Notes: generated by a model not told the origin, from the letters alone. A DNA stretch of 64,000 nucleotides from an uncultured Nitrososphaerota archaeon (GCA_963718895.1 CAVRAG010000008.1:992001-1056000), one strand, 5' to 3'; shown: positions 1-11,583, counted from the stretch's first letter. Numbers and translations are program-made.

Positions 1-881
1 TCACCCACGAAGGGCTGCCGCCCACGTGCGTGGTGTAGGAGAAGGTGCCTGAAGCGGTGACCGCCTGTGTCGAGGAATCAAGTATCGTGAAAGAACCCTG
101 GAGATTCACTTTGATCGTGACGCTGTCCGGGAGCGAGGGCGTTGGACTGATCGTCCCGGAGATTGTGTAGCTCTGATCTCCCACGAGCGATGCGCTGGAA
201 GACGGGCTCGTTATTGAGACCGCGACTGGTGTGGTCGATGTGGTAGAGGTGGTCGAGTGCGTGCTGGAGGTGGTAGATGTGGAGCTTGTAGTCGAGGTTG
301 TTGAAGAGGTGGTTGAGGTGGTAGAGGTTGTAGTCGAGGTTGTTGAAGAGGTGGTTGAGGTGGTTGAGGTTGTAGTCGATCCGCCAGTCACCTGTATCGC
401 GATGCCCTGCATCAGCGAACCCTGCGCATAGAGAGTGAGCGTGTAGAGGCCTGCAGTCGTCGGCGCGGTCATCTTGTAGAGCGCGGTGATGTTTCCCGAT
501 CTCGGCGAGAGGTCCTGGGCGGAGCCGTCGGTGACCTGTGCTGGGGAGATCGTGAACTTGGCGTTGTCGGTCTGGTTCGACTCCCACAGCTGGAGTCCAG
601 TGACGACGCCCATGGGAGCCGTCGCTGTTGGTGCTGATCCGGAGGTGGAACGAGCTTCCGGCAGCTATAGAGCCGAAGAAGACTCCTGCCTCGCCGTCAC
701 CCGTGCCGTTAACGAAAATGGCGATGCCGTTGTTGTGGCACCAGCAGCCCTGGTCGAAGCCAGGCTCGCCGTGCGAGAAGCTGGTCGTGGTCCAGATGCC
801 GTACGTCGTAAACATGACGCCCAGGAGCAACGCCGTCAGACCAATGACGTACATTCTCCGTTTGTTCATTGCCAATTTCAC
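1..881 (-). CDS. Secreted/surface protein with CxCH motif, Thr/Ser-rich linker and Ig-like region; frameshift near 630; runs off window start
   Basis: Signal-like N-terminus and GCWCH. A second frame continues ...GLQLWESNQTDNAKFTISP...STTTSTTS...PVAVSITSP to the window edge. Confidence 0.65.
286..379. repeat. 42-bp tandem repeat (about 2.2 copies) encoding the Thr/Ser linker
   Basis: ttgtagtcgaggttgttgaagaggtggttgaggtggt[a/t]gagg at 286 and 328, partial copy at 370. Confidence 0.8.
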
Positions 882-966
882 ATCGAGATTCTAAAGAAGA
901 TGGGATGGAAGCTCCTTGCTAGGGAGCTTCCAAAGCATCGAGTCTACGACTGATGTCTCTCCGCTA

Positions 967-2827
967 CTACGTCCAGCTCGGCAGGGTGGCAGCGTGCGCG
1001 CCAGCGACGCGTCCCATCGCAATCGCCTCGGGGACGTTCCCACCGCCGTAGTACAGGCCGCCCCACAGAGAGCCGAGTTCCCCTGGAGTGTAGAGTCTCG
1101 GAATCGGGTTGTTGTTGACGTCCAGAGTCCTTGTGTACTTGTCGTGAGCTGGACCTCCGTCCGTGTTGGTCTGGCACTCTATCAGTTGCATGGCGTAGAA
1201 CGGTGGATTCGTCAACGGCTTCAGAGTCGAAGTTGGGTCTGCCAAACGCTGTATCAGCTCCTGCAGCGCAGGCGGCGTTCCAGGCAGTCACCGTCGCATC
1301 GAGGCCCGCGGGGTCCATCCCGACAACATGTGCCGAAGAAGTCTCTGCATGTGATCTTGGCTCCCAGGTGCGTCGGCGTGTCGGCGGTTACGATCCAGCC
1401 TTTGGCTAGTTCGACGCTGTTGTCCGAACTCCAGTTGTAGAGATTGTGGACCCCGTGTAATACTGGAGCTGAAGCCTGGAGCCGGGGATGCCGGTAGCGC
1501 CGATAGGCCCGTACTTCATCCCGAGCGAGTCGAAGATGGCGTAGAATGGGATGTTTGGCCAGTCGCAGAAGATTTACTCCCTCCGTGGCCTGTGAACTGT
1601 CTCGTCGAATATGTCGTATTCTTTCGTTTGATCGGTGTGTCCAGAATAGCAGTATTCATTCATGAATCTCTTCCCGTATCTGTTCACATAGATGACTGGA
1701 TATAGGGCTGCGCCCGGACATCCATAGCCGATATTAGCCAACCACTACACCGACGCCCAGTTCCACGCTTCCCGCCGCGCATGCAATCGCAGTGGATTTC
1801 TTTCTTGTTCATGTGCCAGAGCTTCGCACCCACCTGTTCTGTGCCATGTAGATTCCGTCTCCGGTGTTGTAGGGAGTCCCGTAGAAGGTTATGAGCTCAG
1901 TCTATCGGTGACTCTGGCGCAAAATTGGCTTTGATCTCAGGATTGTTCTCGTATCCACCGCAGGCGAGAATCACCCCCTTGTTGGCTCGAACATATATGT
2001 CCTGTCCGGTCCAGTTTGTGGCAATGACGCCAAGTATCTCGTTCGTAGTGGGATTCTGTATCAGTTGCTTCCCAGGCGTCTGGTACATGATTGGTATGTT
2101 CCTGGAGGCTCTGCAGTTGTCAAGGAATGCGAAGAAGTCCTTTCCAGCGCCACTTGACCCAGTCGCACTGGTCCCTTTAGTAGGGTATGAGAATGACGGG
2201 ACGGCGATGCTGTAAGAGTTCACGCTCAAGTTTGGGGAAACAAAGCCAGCATAGAGAGGAGGAGGGAAGCCCGTAGTGGTGGATGCGGTGCCCCCATTCA
2301 TACTGCCCCCGAGGCTGCTTATCCATGTCGGAATGTTTGATATTTCTGTCAGGTGGCGGTGATTAGGTCGAGGGGAACGATACCATATGCTCACCATGTT
2401 CGCCACGGTAATCATGTCTGTTAGGGGCGTAATTATCGTGGAGGTTCCCCCTGGCCACACCCGTGTTTCCTCCATCGAGTCCCTTTGGAGCCTTCTCAAG
2501 CATGAGGACACTTGCCCCTCCGTCGTAAGCTCCTATGGCTGCAGCAAGTACCGGCATCCTCCATCCCCTACGACCACAACATCCGCGGAGTAGTCCCAAC
2601 TGGAGGGAGCCGACCAGACACTATTCCCACTGGCAGCTTGTGCTGGCACCGCGATGCGTGGCGCTGCCATCGCCACCGGGATGGCCAATTTCTCACCCGC
2701 TACATGTTACGTGTGGCGCGAACGACTTTGCTCCCGCCACAGCGCCGAGCGCTACGGCTCCTGCGGCTGCGGCTCCCACGAACTGTCTCCTGGACAGTTT
2801 CTTATCCGTAATTGCTTCATCTGTCAA
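967..2827 (-). pseudogene. Tat-exported FAD-binding oxidoreductase (FAD_binding_2 family), multiply frameshifted; may be an assembly artefact; paralog of 25590-27332
   Basis: Fragments KKLSRRQFVG, LMLEKAP, RANKGVILACGGYE, PPFYAM, IPRLYTPGELGS and ATLPSWT align in order with the intact paralog. Confidence 0.8.
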
Positions 2828-2864
2828 TTGTATTACTTGGAACGAAGTTGCGATGTCAAACATA

Positions 2865-2886
2865 TACAGATGATGAGTCATCTGTA
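2865..2886. promoter_or_regulatory. Inverted repeat, candidate operator in a divergent intergenic region
   Basis: TACAGATGA-tgag-TCATCTGTA, perfect 9-bp arms. Confidence 0.45.
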
Positions 2887-2940
2887 GACAAGTGGAGTCA
2901 TGCGTAAATACAACCCCCGTAGCGTTCGCTCGAGGGCAAT

Positions 2941-3477
2941 ATGACCGCTGTTGATGTCGAGGGTTCGATGAGAGCGAGTGTTCCAGGGCACTTCAGGGTC
3001 TGGAAGGACGTGTACGACTCGCTCGAGCAGGAGGCCAGGACACGCAAGGTCAGTCTGAACACGCTGGTGAATCAGGTGCTCTCCACCCATACACGCGACG
3101 ACCTGCTGTGGGAAGAAATGGAATATGTGAAATTGACAAAGATCGCATTCCGTGCGTTTCTGGACTGTATACCTGACGACGAGCTAGCCGAATTGGGGGC
3201 TGTGTTAGCCAACGATACCCCAAGCACGATGATGCTGGCGAGGAAGGGCGCCGTCGACCTTGATGCCGTTCTGGACTACCTGCGCTTCCGTTCCAGAGCA
3301 GGATGGTTTTCAATGAATGAATCGAAAAGGAATGGGAAGACCACCCTTTGTTTCATGCACGAGTTCGGACCAAGAGAATCCGTTGTTCTCCGTTCTTATT
3401 TTATGAGCCTATTCGGGCTGATTGGCATCCATCCCAAGGTAATTACCTCAAATTCCTCGGTCGTAATCGAGTACTAG
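2941..3477 (+). CDS. Hypothetical protein, probable N-terminal ribbon-helix-helix regulator
   Basis: GHFRVWKDVYDSLEQEARTRKVSLNTLVNQVL fits an RHH pattern; divergent from the flavoprotein gene. Confidence 0.6.
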   Translation: MTAVDVEGSMRASVPGHFRVWKDVYDSLEQEARTRKVSLNTLVNQVLSTHTRDDLLWEEMEYVKLTKIAFRAFLDCIPDDELAELGAVLANDTPSTMMLARKGAVDLDAVLDYLRFRSRAGWFSMNESKRNGKTTLCFMHEFGPRESVVLRSYFMSLFGLIGIHPKVITSNSSVVIEY

Positions 3478-3733
3478 TCAATCGCCGACGACTCAACGGA
3501 AATGTGAGCCTGAGAAGTCCTGAAGCTCACTTGGACGGGAGCGCGTATCGGGACAAGCCGATTTGTTCCACCTTCTCGAAGAACAGTGGCCGACGTGACC
3601 CACTCAGGCATGAGCTGCCGCCGAAATCTGTAGCGGGGCTACTCTTCACTGAATCGACCCTATCATTCAGGTTGGCCACGGTCCCGGACCGAGAACCCTA
3701 CACGTCGAGACCACGACCTCCACGCTTCCACTC

Positions 3734-4818
3734 TCACGGGATTATCTCGCAGCCGTTGTTGAGCTCTGGATACTCGAAAGTCCGACCGGCTCACCGAGCC
3801 GTCTTCGATGAGCGCCTGGACCCGTGGAAGGGCGTCCTGCAATTCCGCAACGAGATGTCTGACCGTGCTGCAGATGTATGAGAAGCCGTTCTCCCGGAGC
3901 ATCCCCTGCGACCTGTTCACGAAGAGGCACCTCCCGCCGCAGATGTGGTAGATGTCGCATGACAGGCACGGCTCCCCGATCACCGCCACGTCGCGAAGAG
4001 AGCTCGGTTCGCTCTGCGAATATCGAGCCGACGACCGAGAAGTCGTGGTCGATCGATACCGGGCACGCGGATATCCTCCCGTCGGGCATGACCGAGAAGA
4101 AATCAACCCCTGAACCGCATCGCAGGGTCGACCTCTCTCCCGAGAGGAGCGAGTTCATCAATGCGACGAACGGTACCATCCCCAGGACCCGGTGCGAGCT
4201 GGACATCTCGGCCACCCACGAGTCGACGAGCGAAGAGATGCCGGAGTTGTAGGACTCGAGCCACTCCGGCAGCCCCGGGACCGTCTGGTCCCCGGCTTCC
4301 CAGAACATGCTGAAGCTGAGCTGCCAGTGGACGTGGTCGAAGAGTCCGGTTCGCAGAAGGTGGAGCACGTTCTCGGCGATGTCTGTGCCCTGCTCCACCG
4401 TCATCCTCGCAACGAGGTCGCCGCGGAAGCCCCTCTGTCTGATGAGACCGGCATTCCGTGTGACCCGTTCGTACACGCGCTTGCCCCGCTCCCTGTCCGT
4501 GACCTCTTCCGTCCCGTCGATGGAGACGAGTATGGAGTGGAACCTCGACAGGTACTCCGGCTCGATCCGGTCCAGGAAGATGCCGTTCGTCTGGACGACG
4601 TACCGTCCCGGGACCGCGTCCATGATGCTCTTCATGGTCTTTGTGCGGAGGAGGGGTTCGCCTCCGTAGAACTCGATGACTGGATCGCTGTCCTTGGAGA
4701 GGAAGCACTTGAGGTCTGCAACCGAGTACTGCATCTCTCTCGGGGGGGTGTCGCTCCCTCCCCCACAATAGCTGCAGAAGAGATTGCATTCTTTCGTCAG
4801 GATGATGAAGTAGTGCAA
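3734..4818 (-). CDS. Radical SAM/SPASM protein (AF0577/TIGR04084-like), two frameshifts near the 3' end
   Basis: CNLFCSYC, FYGGEP and QTNG motifs; SPASM cysteines CGSG..CP..CLSC..CGGRC; C-terminus NNGCEIIP. Confidence 0.8.
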
Positions 4819-5016
4819 TTCTCTCCGGCCCGGCGGCGTCGCGCCGTCTTTCGCGTTAAAAGGAGTTCTCAAGGTCGCTCTGCGGGTCCCTGAGGGTGGG
4901 TCAAAGCGGGGCATGGAGACCCCATGACGCTTGGGGGCTCGTCGATCAGGCCGAGTAATCGGGAACGGGACCGTGAGCCAAGTCTTAAGTGGAGTGTTCA
5001 GGGGGCGACTGAGCTT

Positions 5017-6732
5017 ATGGAGAGGCTCAAGCAGGATCTCGTGATCGTGGGTTCGGGCATCGCGGGCCTGAGGGCTGCGATCGAGGCCTCTCGAGTGAGC
5101 CCGGGGTTGAAGGTCGCGGTGGTCACGAAGGTCCAGGCGATGCGCTCGCACTCCGTCTGCGCAGAGGGGGGCACCGCTGCGGTGCTCTACCCCGAACTGG
5201 GGGACACCGATCGAGTCCCACATCTTCGACACCGTGAAGGGGTCAGACTACCTCGGCAGACCAGGACGCGGTCGAGAGGTTCGTGAACACGATTCCCTCT
5301 GAGATCTACCAGCTCGAGCACTGGGGGATGCCCTGGTCGAGGAGGGAGGACGGGCGGATCGCCCAGCGGGATTTCGGCGGCTACAGCTATCCGAGAGCGA
5401 CCTTCGCCGAGGACAAGGTCGGGTTCCACGAGATGCAGACCCTCTACGACACCTGCACGAAGTTCCCCAACATCACGTTCTATCAGGAGTGGTACGTCGA
5501 CCTCGCTTCTCGTCGAGCAGGGGGAGTTCAGAGGGATCACCGCCATAGAGATGAAGACCGGCGAGTTCGCCGTGATCGCCGCCAAGGCCGGCATCATCGC
5601 CACCGGTGGGGCGGGCAGGCTCTTCAGCTTCGCGACCTACGGGCACAGCTCGACGCCCGACGGCCTGTCGATGGCGCTCAGGGCCGGGATCGCCCTCAAG
5701 GACATGGAGTTCTTCCAGTTCCATCCCTCCGGGCTGATCCCTTCAGGGATACTGATCACCGAGGGCGCGAGGGCGGAGGGAGGGGTCCTCCTGAACAAGG
5801 ACGGCGAGCGGTTCATGAAGAGGTACGCGCCCGAGAAGCTCGAACTCGCCTCGAGGGACGTCGTCTCCAGGGCGATGATAACGGAGATCGACGAGGGGAG
5901 AGGGTTCAGGGACGGGAGAGCGGGCTGCGAGTACCTCCATCTCGACCTCACGCAGATCGGCGCCGAGAAGGTCAAGGAGAGGCTCGGCGGAATCAGGGAG
6001 ATCGCGATGAAGTTCAGGGCAATCGACCCGGTAGAGGCGCCTCTCCCGGTGAGGCCCGTCTGCCACTACACGATGGGCGGGGTCGACGTCGACATCGACG
6101 GCGCGACGTAGGTCAAGGGGCTCTGGGCCGCGGGGGAGGCCGCCTGCGTGAGCATCAACGGCGCGAACCGGCTCGGGGCGAACTCCACTGCGGAGTGCCT
6201 GGTCTGGGGGCGGATCACCGGGCGCCGCCGCGGCGAACTACGCCGCGGAGAGGTCCGAGACTCCAGCCCCCCGACGAGCGGTGCTGGGGGAGGAGAAGCA
6301 CATCTTCGACGAGGTCTTCCACGGGAAGGGAGGGACCAACCCCTACGAGGTGAGGGACAAGCTCCAGCGGGCGATGGACACGAACGCCTACGTCTACCGG
6401 ACGGGGGACGGCCTGGCAGAGGCGCTCAGGGCCGTGAGAAGGCTCAAGGCAGAGGACTTCCTGCACTGCGACGACCAGAGCAGGCGATACAACACCAACC
6501 TCACGAACGTCCTCGAGGTCGAGAGCCTCCTGCTGGTGGCCGAGGCCTTTCTCGTGGGCGCCCTGGCGAGGACGGAGTCGAGGGGAGCCCACGCCAGGCG
6601 CGACTACCCACAGCGGGACGACGTCAACTGGCTGAAGCACACCCTCGCGTTCTACACAGAAGGGAGGGAGTGACGCTGGACTACTCTCCCGTCAAGATAA
6701 CGAGGTTTCAGCCGGCGGCGAGGCACTACTGA
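5017..6732 (+). CDS. sdhA: Succinate dehydrogenase/fumarate reductase flavoprotein subunit (several frameshifts, in-frame TAG at 6109)
   Basis: [52 protein letters not shown]. Confidence 0.92.
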
Positions 6733-6775
6733 TGAAAACTGTTAAGCGCCCTGCCCACCGCGTCGGTCCCGAGGG

Positions 6776-7247
6776 ATGGTGCGAAGATTGGCCGCTGAGA
6801 AGGAGGTCCTCAACAAGCGGGGCGTGGCGGGGTGGATCAACCCGTACCACTACAACCTCGAGCGGTGGGCGTACACCTTCCAGAGGATCACGGGCGTCTC
6901 GATCCTGCTGTACGTGCTCGGCCACATCGGCGACACCAGCTTCTTCGTGGGCGGCCCCTTCGGCTCTGGACCGAGCGTGGCCAGCTGGTCCTCGGACATC
7001 GCGGCCACGGAGAACATCGCTCGGGAACGTCATCCTCACGATGATAGTGCTCGTGGTCGTCTTCCACGGGATAAACGGGATAAGGCTGATACTCTCCGAG
7101 TACGGACTCATCTTCCAGAAGCCCTCGAGGCCGGACTATCCCTACAGGGCGAAGTCGCTGAGGGCGCTGCAGAGGCACATGATCTGGGTGGCCATCGTCG
7201 CCGCCATCGTGGCCTCTCTGTGGACCGGGAGCATCCTCTTCGGGTGA
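6776..7247 (+). CDS. sdhC: Succinate dehydrogenase cytochrome b subunit (frameshift near 7020)
   Basis: WAYTFQRITG..GH, then FHGINGIRLIL in the next frame; operon position. Confidence 0.85.
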
Positions 7248-7248
7248 G

Positions 7249-7627
7249 TTGGCATTGAAGGAATCGAACCTCATGCTGCTCCAGTACGTGACCGCGGTGG
7301 CCGCGATCGTGCTTGTCAGCATCCACCTCCTGATGCAGGGGGTGCTCGTCCCGTACTCCCACGCCGTCTCTTTCGGCCAGGTCCTTTCTGTCTACAGGAG
7401 CTGGTTCGACGGCGCCCTGCTCGAGCTCCTGCTGGTCGTCGTCGTGGTCCACGGGTTCAACGGTCTGCGGACGATCCTCCTGGAGTGGAGGCAGAGCCAG
7501 ACCTGGACAAAGGGAGTGAACTGGTCCGTGCCTTCTCGTGATGGTCGCCGTGGTCATCTACGGTACAAGGACCGTCATCCTCGCCGTGACAGGAGTCGTC
7601 GTCCTAGATGGTGGAGGTCAAGCTTAG
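7249..7627 (+). CDS. sdhD: Succinate dehydrogenase membrane anchor (frameshift near 7530; 3' end approximate)
   Basis: LLQYVTA..IH and HGFNGLRTILLE; hydrophobic helices. Confidence 0.8.
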
Positions 7628-8364
7628 GGTCCAGAGGTTCGACCCTTCGCAGGACAAGAAGCCGGCCTTCCGGGAGTACGCGGTCCCGACCGACGAGGCG
7701 GGGACCGTCCTCGAGGCCCTGATCTACGCAAAGGAGCGCATCGACCACTCGATCGCGGTCAGATTCTCCTGCCGGATGTCCTCGTGCGGCTCGTGTGGTA
7801 TGAAGATCGACGGGAGACCCAGGCTCGCCTGCGAGACGCAGCTCTCGAGCGCTCGGCCCCGAAGTCACCGTCCAGCCGATGGACAACTTTCCGATAGTGA
7901 GGGACCTTGTCGTCGACCTGGAGGGCTTCTTCAGCCATCACGAGGAGATGATGCCGCATCTCGTGAGGGTCGACGCCGGCGAGCAGGAGCATCCTACGAC
8001 GGAGTACCTGATGAAGCCGGAGGAGCTCGATGCGATACAGCAGTTCACCTACTGCATAAAGTGCGGCCTCTGCACTTCCTCGTGCCCCACGGCCTCGACC
8101 GACACGCTCTTCCCGGGCCCCCAGGCCCTGGCCCAGGAATACCGTTACCTGATGGATACGAGAGACGAGGCAGGGGCGGACAGGTTGGAGCTGGTCAACA
8201 CTCCCCACGGCGTCTGGCGGTGCCACTTCGCCGGAAGCTGCTCCCAGGTCTGCCCCAAGGGGGTCGACCCGTCGCTCGGGATACAGCTGCTGAAGAGGCA
8301 CGTCATGTCGGGGAGGCCTCCCCGCGGAAGAGGCGGGGGCGCCGAAGCTCCTCCCCGGCCCTAG
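7608..8364 (+). CDS. sdhB: Succinate dehydrogenase iron-sulfur subunit (frameshift near 7850)
   Basis: CRMSSCGSC, CIKCGLCTSSCP, CHFAGSCSQVCPKG. Confidence 0.92.
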
Positions 8365-8439
8365 GCGACGTTCCCCATCGCGCTCGGCTTGCGCCCCGCC
8401 GTGGAACCCTTAAAGCGACGAGGGGCTCAGTGCAGGTCA

Positions 8440-9225
8440 ATGAACCCGGAGCAGCTGGAGGGTCCAGACGTGATGTACGAGAGACGGGGGGCCGTCGCGA
8501 TACTGACCCTCAACCGCGAGAAGAAGCTCAACGCGTTGAGGAAGAGGACCATAAAGGAGCTCTCGAACCTCCTGAAGACGATCGAGGACGACCCGGAGGT
8601 CAGGGCTGTGGTGCTCACCGGCAGCGGCAGGGCGTTCTGCGCAGGCGCTGACATCTTCGAGTACAGCGAGATGAAGGACAGGGAGGAGTTCATGAGGTTC
8701 CAGATGCGGGGAGAGAAGCTCCACGAGGCGATAGAGAACCTCTCGAAGCCGGTCGTCGCAGCGGTGAACGGGCTCGCGCTCGGAGGGGGTTTCGAGCTCG
8801 CGCTCACGTGCGACGTGATCGTGGCTAGCGAGGCCTCCCAGTTCGGCTTCCCCGAGATCAAGATCGGATTGATCCCAGGGGGAGGGGGAACCCAGAGGCT
8901 CCCCCGGATAGTCGGCCCCAAGACGGCGAAGAAAATCTTCATGACCGGCGACCCGATCTCCCCCCAGGAGGCGCTGAGACTCAACGTCGTCGTGGAGGTC
9001 GTGCCCGCCTCGAAGCTGATGGAGAGGTCGCTCGAGCTCGCCGGCAGGATGGCCGCGATGTCTCCTGAGGCGCTCGCCGCCCTGAAGCGCCTCGTCAACA
9101 TGGGGACGGTCGGGGCGTTCGGGATGGCGCTTCCCTACGAGCGGATGATGGTCACGTACCTCTATGACACCGACGACTCGAGAGCGAGGGTCAAGGAGTT
9201 CGTCGAGAAGCGGAAGTCGAGATGA
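8440..9225 (+). CDS. Enoyl-CoA hydratase/isomerase
   Basis: AFCAGADI, ALGGGFEL, PEIKIGLIPGGGGTQRL. Confidence 0.92.
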   Translation: MNPEQLEGPDVMYERRGAVAILTLNREKKLNALRKRTIKELSNLLKTIEDDPEVRAVVLTGSGRAFCAGADIFEYSEMKDREEFMRFQMRGEKLHEAIENLSKPVVAAVNGLALGGGFELALTCDVIVASEASQFGFPEIKIGLIPGGGGTQRLPRIVGPKTAKKIFMTGDPISPQEALRLNVVVEVVPASKLMERSLELAGRMAAMSPEALAALKRLVNMGTVGAFGMALPYERMMVTYLYDTDDSRARVKEFVEKRKSR

Positions 9226-10415
9226 TGGAATCCGCCCTCAAGGGGATACGCGTCGTCGAGAACTCGGTCCATCTGGCCGGTCCATACTGTGGCAGGCTCC
9301 TCGCAGAACTCGGCGCCGAGGTGATCAAGGTCGAGCCGCCGAACGGCGAGGCGAACAGGAGGAGCCCTCCCTTCGTCAACGGCGAGGCGCTCCTGTACCT
9401 ATACTACAACAGCGGCAAGAAAGGGATGGCGCTGGACCTCAAACAAGAGAGAGGGAGAGAGGTCTTCAAGGAGCTTATCGCAAAGTCCGACGTCTTCCTC
9501 TGCAACTACAGGCCGGGGGCGATGGAGCGGCTCGGGCTCGGGTACGAGGACCTCAAGAAGGTCAATCCGGGCATAATCTACGTCTCGGTGACAGGTTTCG
9601 GCTACACGGGTCCGCTCTCGCAGATGGCGGGGTACGACCCTCTCGCTCAGGCCGTGTCCGGGCTGATGGACGCGAACGGATGCGAGGATGGGGTTCCGAA
9701 GGTGAACGCGATGTCGCTCGACTACTCAACGTCGATGATCGCCGCATGCGCGACCGTCTCCGCGCTGTTCTACAGGGAGAGGACAGGCAGAGGCCAGTTC
9801 ATCGACATGAGCCTTCACGACAGCGGCGTGATATTCTCGGTCCCCTGGATGGGTTTCCAGCTCTCCGGGATGAAGTACCGTCACGGGAACAAGAGCAGGG
9901 TCTTCGCACCCTACAACATGTACAGGGCCAGCGACGGCTACGTGATGATAGCGATCAACGAGGACAGCCGGTGGAAGGCCTTCCTGAAGTCGATCGGCAG
10001 GGGGTCACTCGCGGACGACCCGAGGTTCCAGTCCGTCGCCGACCGCGTGAAGAACTACGACGACATCGACGAGATAATCTCGGGATGGTCCGAGCGACTC
10101 ACTGTGAAGGAGGTGATGGACGTGGTCATCGCGGCGGGCGGTGCCTCCGCCCCGGTCAGGACGATCGTCGAGGCGCAGCACGAGCCCCACTCCGTGAGCA
10201 GGGAGATGCTGATCGAGATGGAGCACCCGAAGGTGGGCAAGCTGAAGGTCGCAGGCTCGGGTTTCAAGATGAGCGAGACTCCGGGAAGGGTCGCGGGAAG
10301 GGCACCTGGCCTGGGGGAGCACAACGAGGCAGTCCTTCGAGACATCCTAGGCTACTCCCCCGAGACCATCGATCAGCTGAGGAAGCTGGGCGTGATCACC
10401 CAGGCCGCGACCTGA
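9222..10415 (+). CDS. Family III CoA transferase (CaiB/BaiF)
   Basis: AGPYCGRLLAELGAEVIKVEPP, NYRPG, GYD, APGLGEH. Confidence 0.92.
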   Translation: MMESALKGIRVVENSVHLAGPYCGRLLAELGAEVIKVEPPNGEANRRSPPFVNGEALLYLYYNSGKKGMALDLKQERGREVFKELIAKSDVFLCNYRPGAMERLGLGYEDLKKVNPGIIYVSVTGFGYTGPLSQMAGYDPLAQAVSGLMDANGCEDGVPKVNAMSLDYSTSMIAACATVSALFYRERTGRGQFIDMSLHDSGVIFSVPWMGFQLSGMKYRHGNKSRVFAPYNMYRASDGYVMIAINEDSRWKAFLKSIGRGSLADDPRFQSVADRVKNYDDIDEIISGWSERLTVKEVMDVVIAAGGASAPVRTIVEAQHEPHSVSREMLIEMEHPKVGKLKVAGSGFKMSETPGRVAGRAPGLGEHNEAVLRDILGYSPETIDQLRKLGVITQAAT

Positions 10416-10440
10416 GGCCGCCCGGGAGCGAGCGGCGCTC

Positions 10441-11583
10441 TCAGTACTCGGAGCCCTGTCTCGTGCCCGCGTAGCAGGCGTTGAGGTCCGAGTAGACCTT
10501 CTCGGGGTCGCGCTCGTTGACCAGCCCTTCGTGGACTATCCTCCCGCACTCCGTCTGGACGGCCACGTATCCGTCGTACCGCGGACGGAGGTATGCCCCC
10601 GAGATCGTTGCCACGGTCCTCCTGAAGAAGTCGTCCGACCTGCGGTTGACGCCCTCGTCGAGCCAGGCGACCCTGTTCCCGGGCTGCCCTCCCGACTCGA
10701 AGTAGACCCCTCTCTGCACCTCCGGCTGGCAGACCCACATCGAGTAGTCCGCTGCGGCCTTCACATCCGGGCACCCTGACGAGATCGCGATGCCCGCCCC
10801 TCCGAGCAGGCTGCCCGTTGGCCCGTCCCCCGAGGACGGGATGTCGGCGAACCTCACCGATCTGGGCCTGAATCCGGGTCTCGAGTAGTTGGAGTATCCG
10901 AAGAGGAGCGGCGCGTAGGCAATCTGGTCGGTCGTGGACATCACCTCCAGTATCCCTGGAGGGTCGAGGGCGAACGAGGCCGGATTCACGTGTCTCGCGA
11001 GCCGCTGCAGGAGAGAGAGGGCGCGCAGCCCCGCCTCCCTGGGGACGATTACGTCGTCACTGACGAATGGGGGGTCGCCGCCGTTCGCGCAGATGGTCAG
11101 GAACGAAGCGAAGGCATCCGTGGGGATGAGAGGAATCGCGACCTTCGCGCCCTCGCGCAGCGCCAGGTCGACGACGGAATCCCAGTCGCCCGGCGGGGCC
11201 TCGAGAAGGTCGGGACGGTAGGCCGAGACCTGGGCGGCAGCGTCAACGGCGAGAGCCCACTGATGCCCGGCGTACTCGTACGAACGGTGGCTCGGACCCG
11301 CCGATTGCTCGTGCTGCAGCTCGAGGAAGCCGGTAGGAAGGACGGCGTCGAGAGGAATGAGACAACCCGCCCTGGCCGCGTAGCCGACGAAGGGATGATC
11401 GATGACAAGGAGGTCGTACGATTCAGCGAGTTCGTCCATGCTCTGCTCGCCGAACTTCAGCAGAGACCTCCTCTCCCACGTCACCTGGATTCCTGCGTGC
11501 GACTGGCTGTAGACACTGGCCGTCGCTTCGAGTCCGCCCGCGCCCCTTGGGTGGTCCCAGGTAATGCCTCGAAGGAGGGTCAT
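10441..11583 (-). CDS. Solute-binding-protein family 1 homolog without a signal peptide
   Basis: LRGITWDHPRG, YDLLVIDHP, DAAAQV, LGGAGIAIS. Confidence 0.75.
   Translation of the reverse strand: MTLLRGITWDHPRGAGGLEATASVYSQSHAGIQVTWERRSLLKFGEQSMDELAESYDLLVIDHPFVGYAARAGCLIPLDAVLPTGFLELQHEQSAGPSHRSYEYAGHQWALAVDAAAQVSAYRPDLLEAPPGDWDSVVDLALREGAKVAIPLIPTDAFASFLTICANGGDPPFVSDDVIVPREAGLRALSLLQRLARHVNPASFALDPPGILEVMSTTDQIAYAPLLFGYSNYSRPGFRPRSVRFADIPSSGDGPTGSLLGGAGIAISSGCPDVKAAADYSMWVCQPEVQRGVYFESGGQPGNRVAWLDEGVNRRSDDFFRRTVATISGAYLRPRYDGYVAVQTECGRIVHEGLVNERDPEKVYSDLNACYAGTRQGSEY

Noticed and set aside
231-431. Val/Glu-repeat ORF, or CRISPR-like repeats
   Set aside because: Antisense of the Thr/Ser linker; tandem repeats without spacers; no cas genes
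6109-6111. In-frame TAG in sdhA as pyrrolysine or readthrough
   Set aside because: It lies at a variable position in a region with many errors. TAG is a normal stop for many genes here and no pyl genes are in the window
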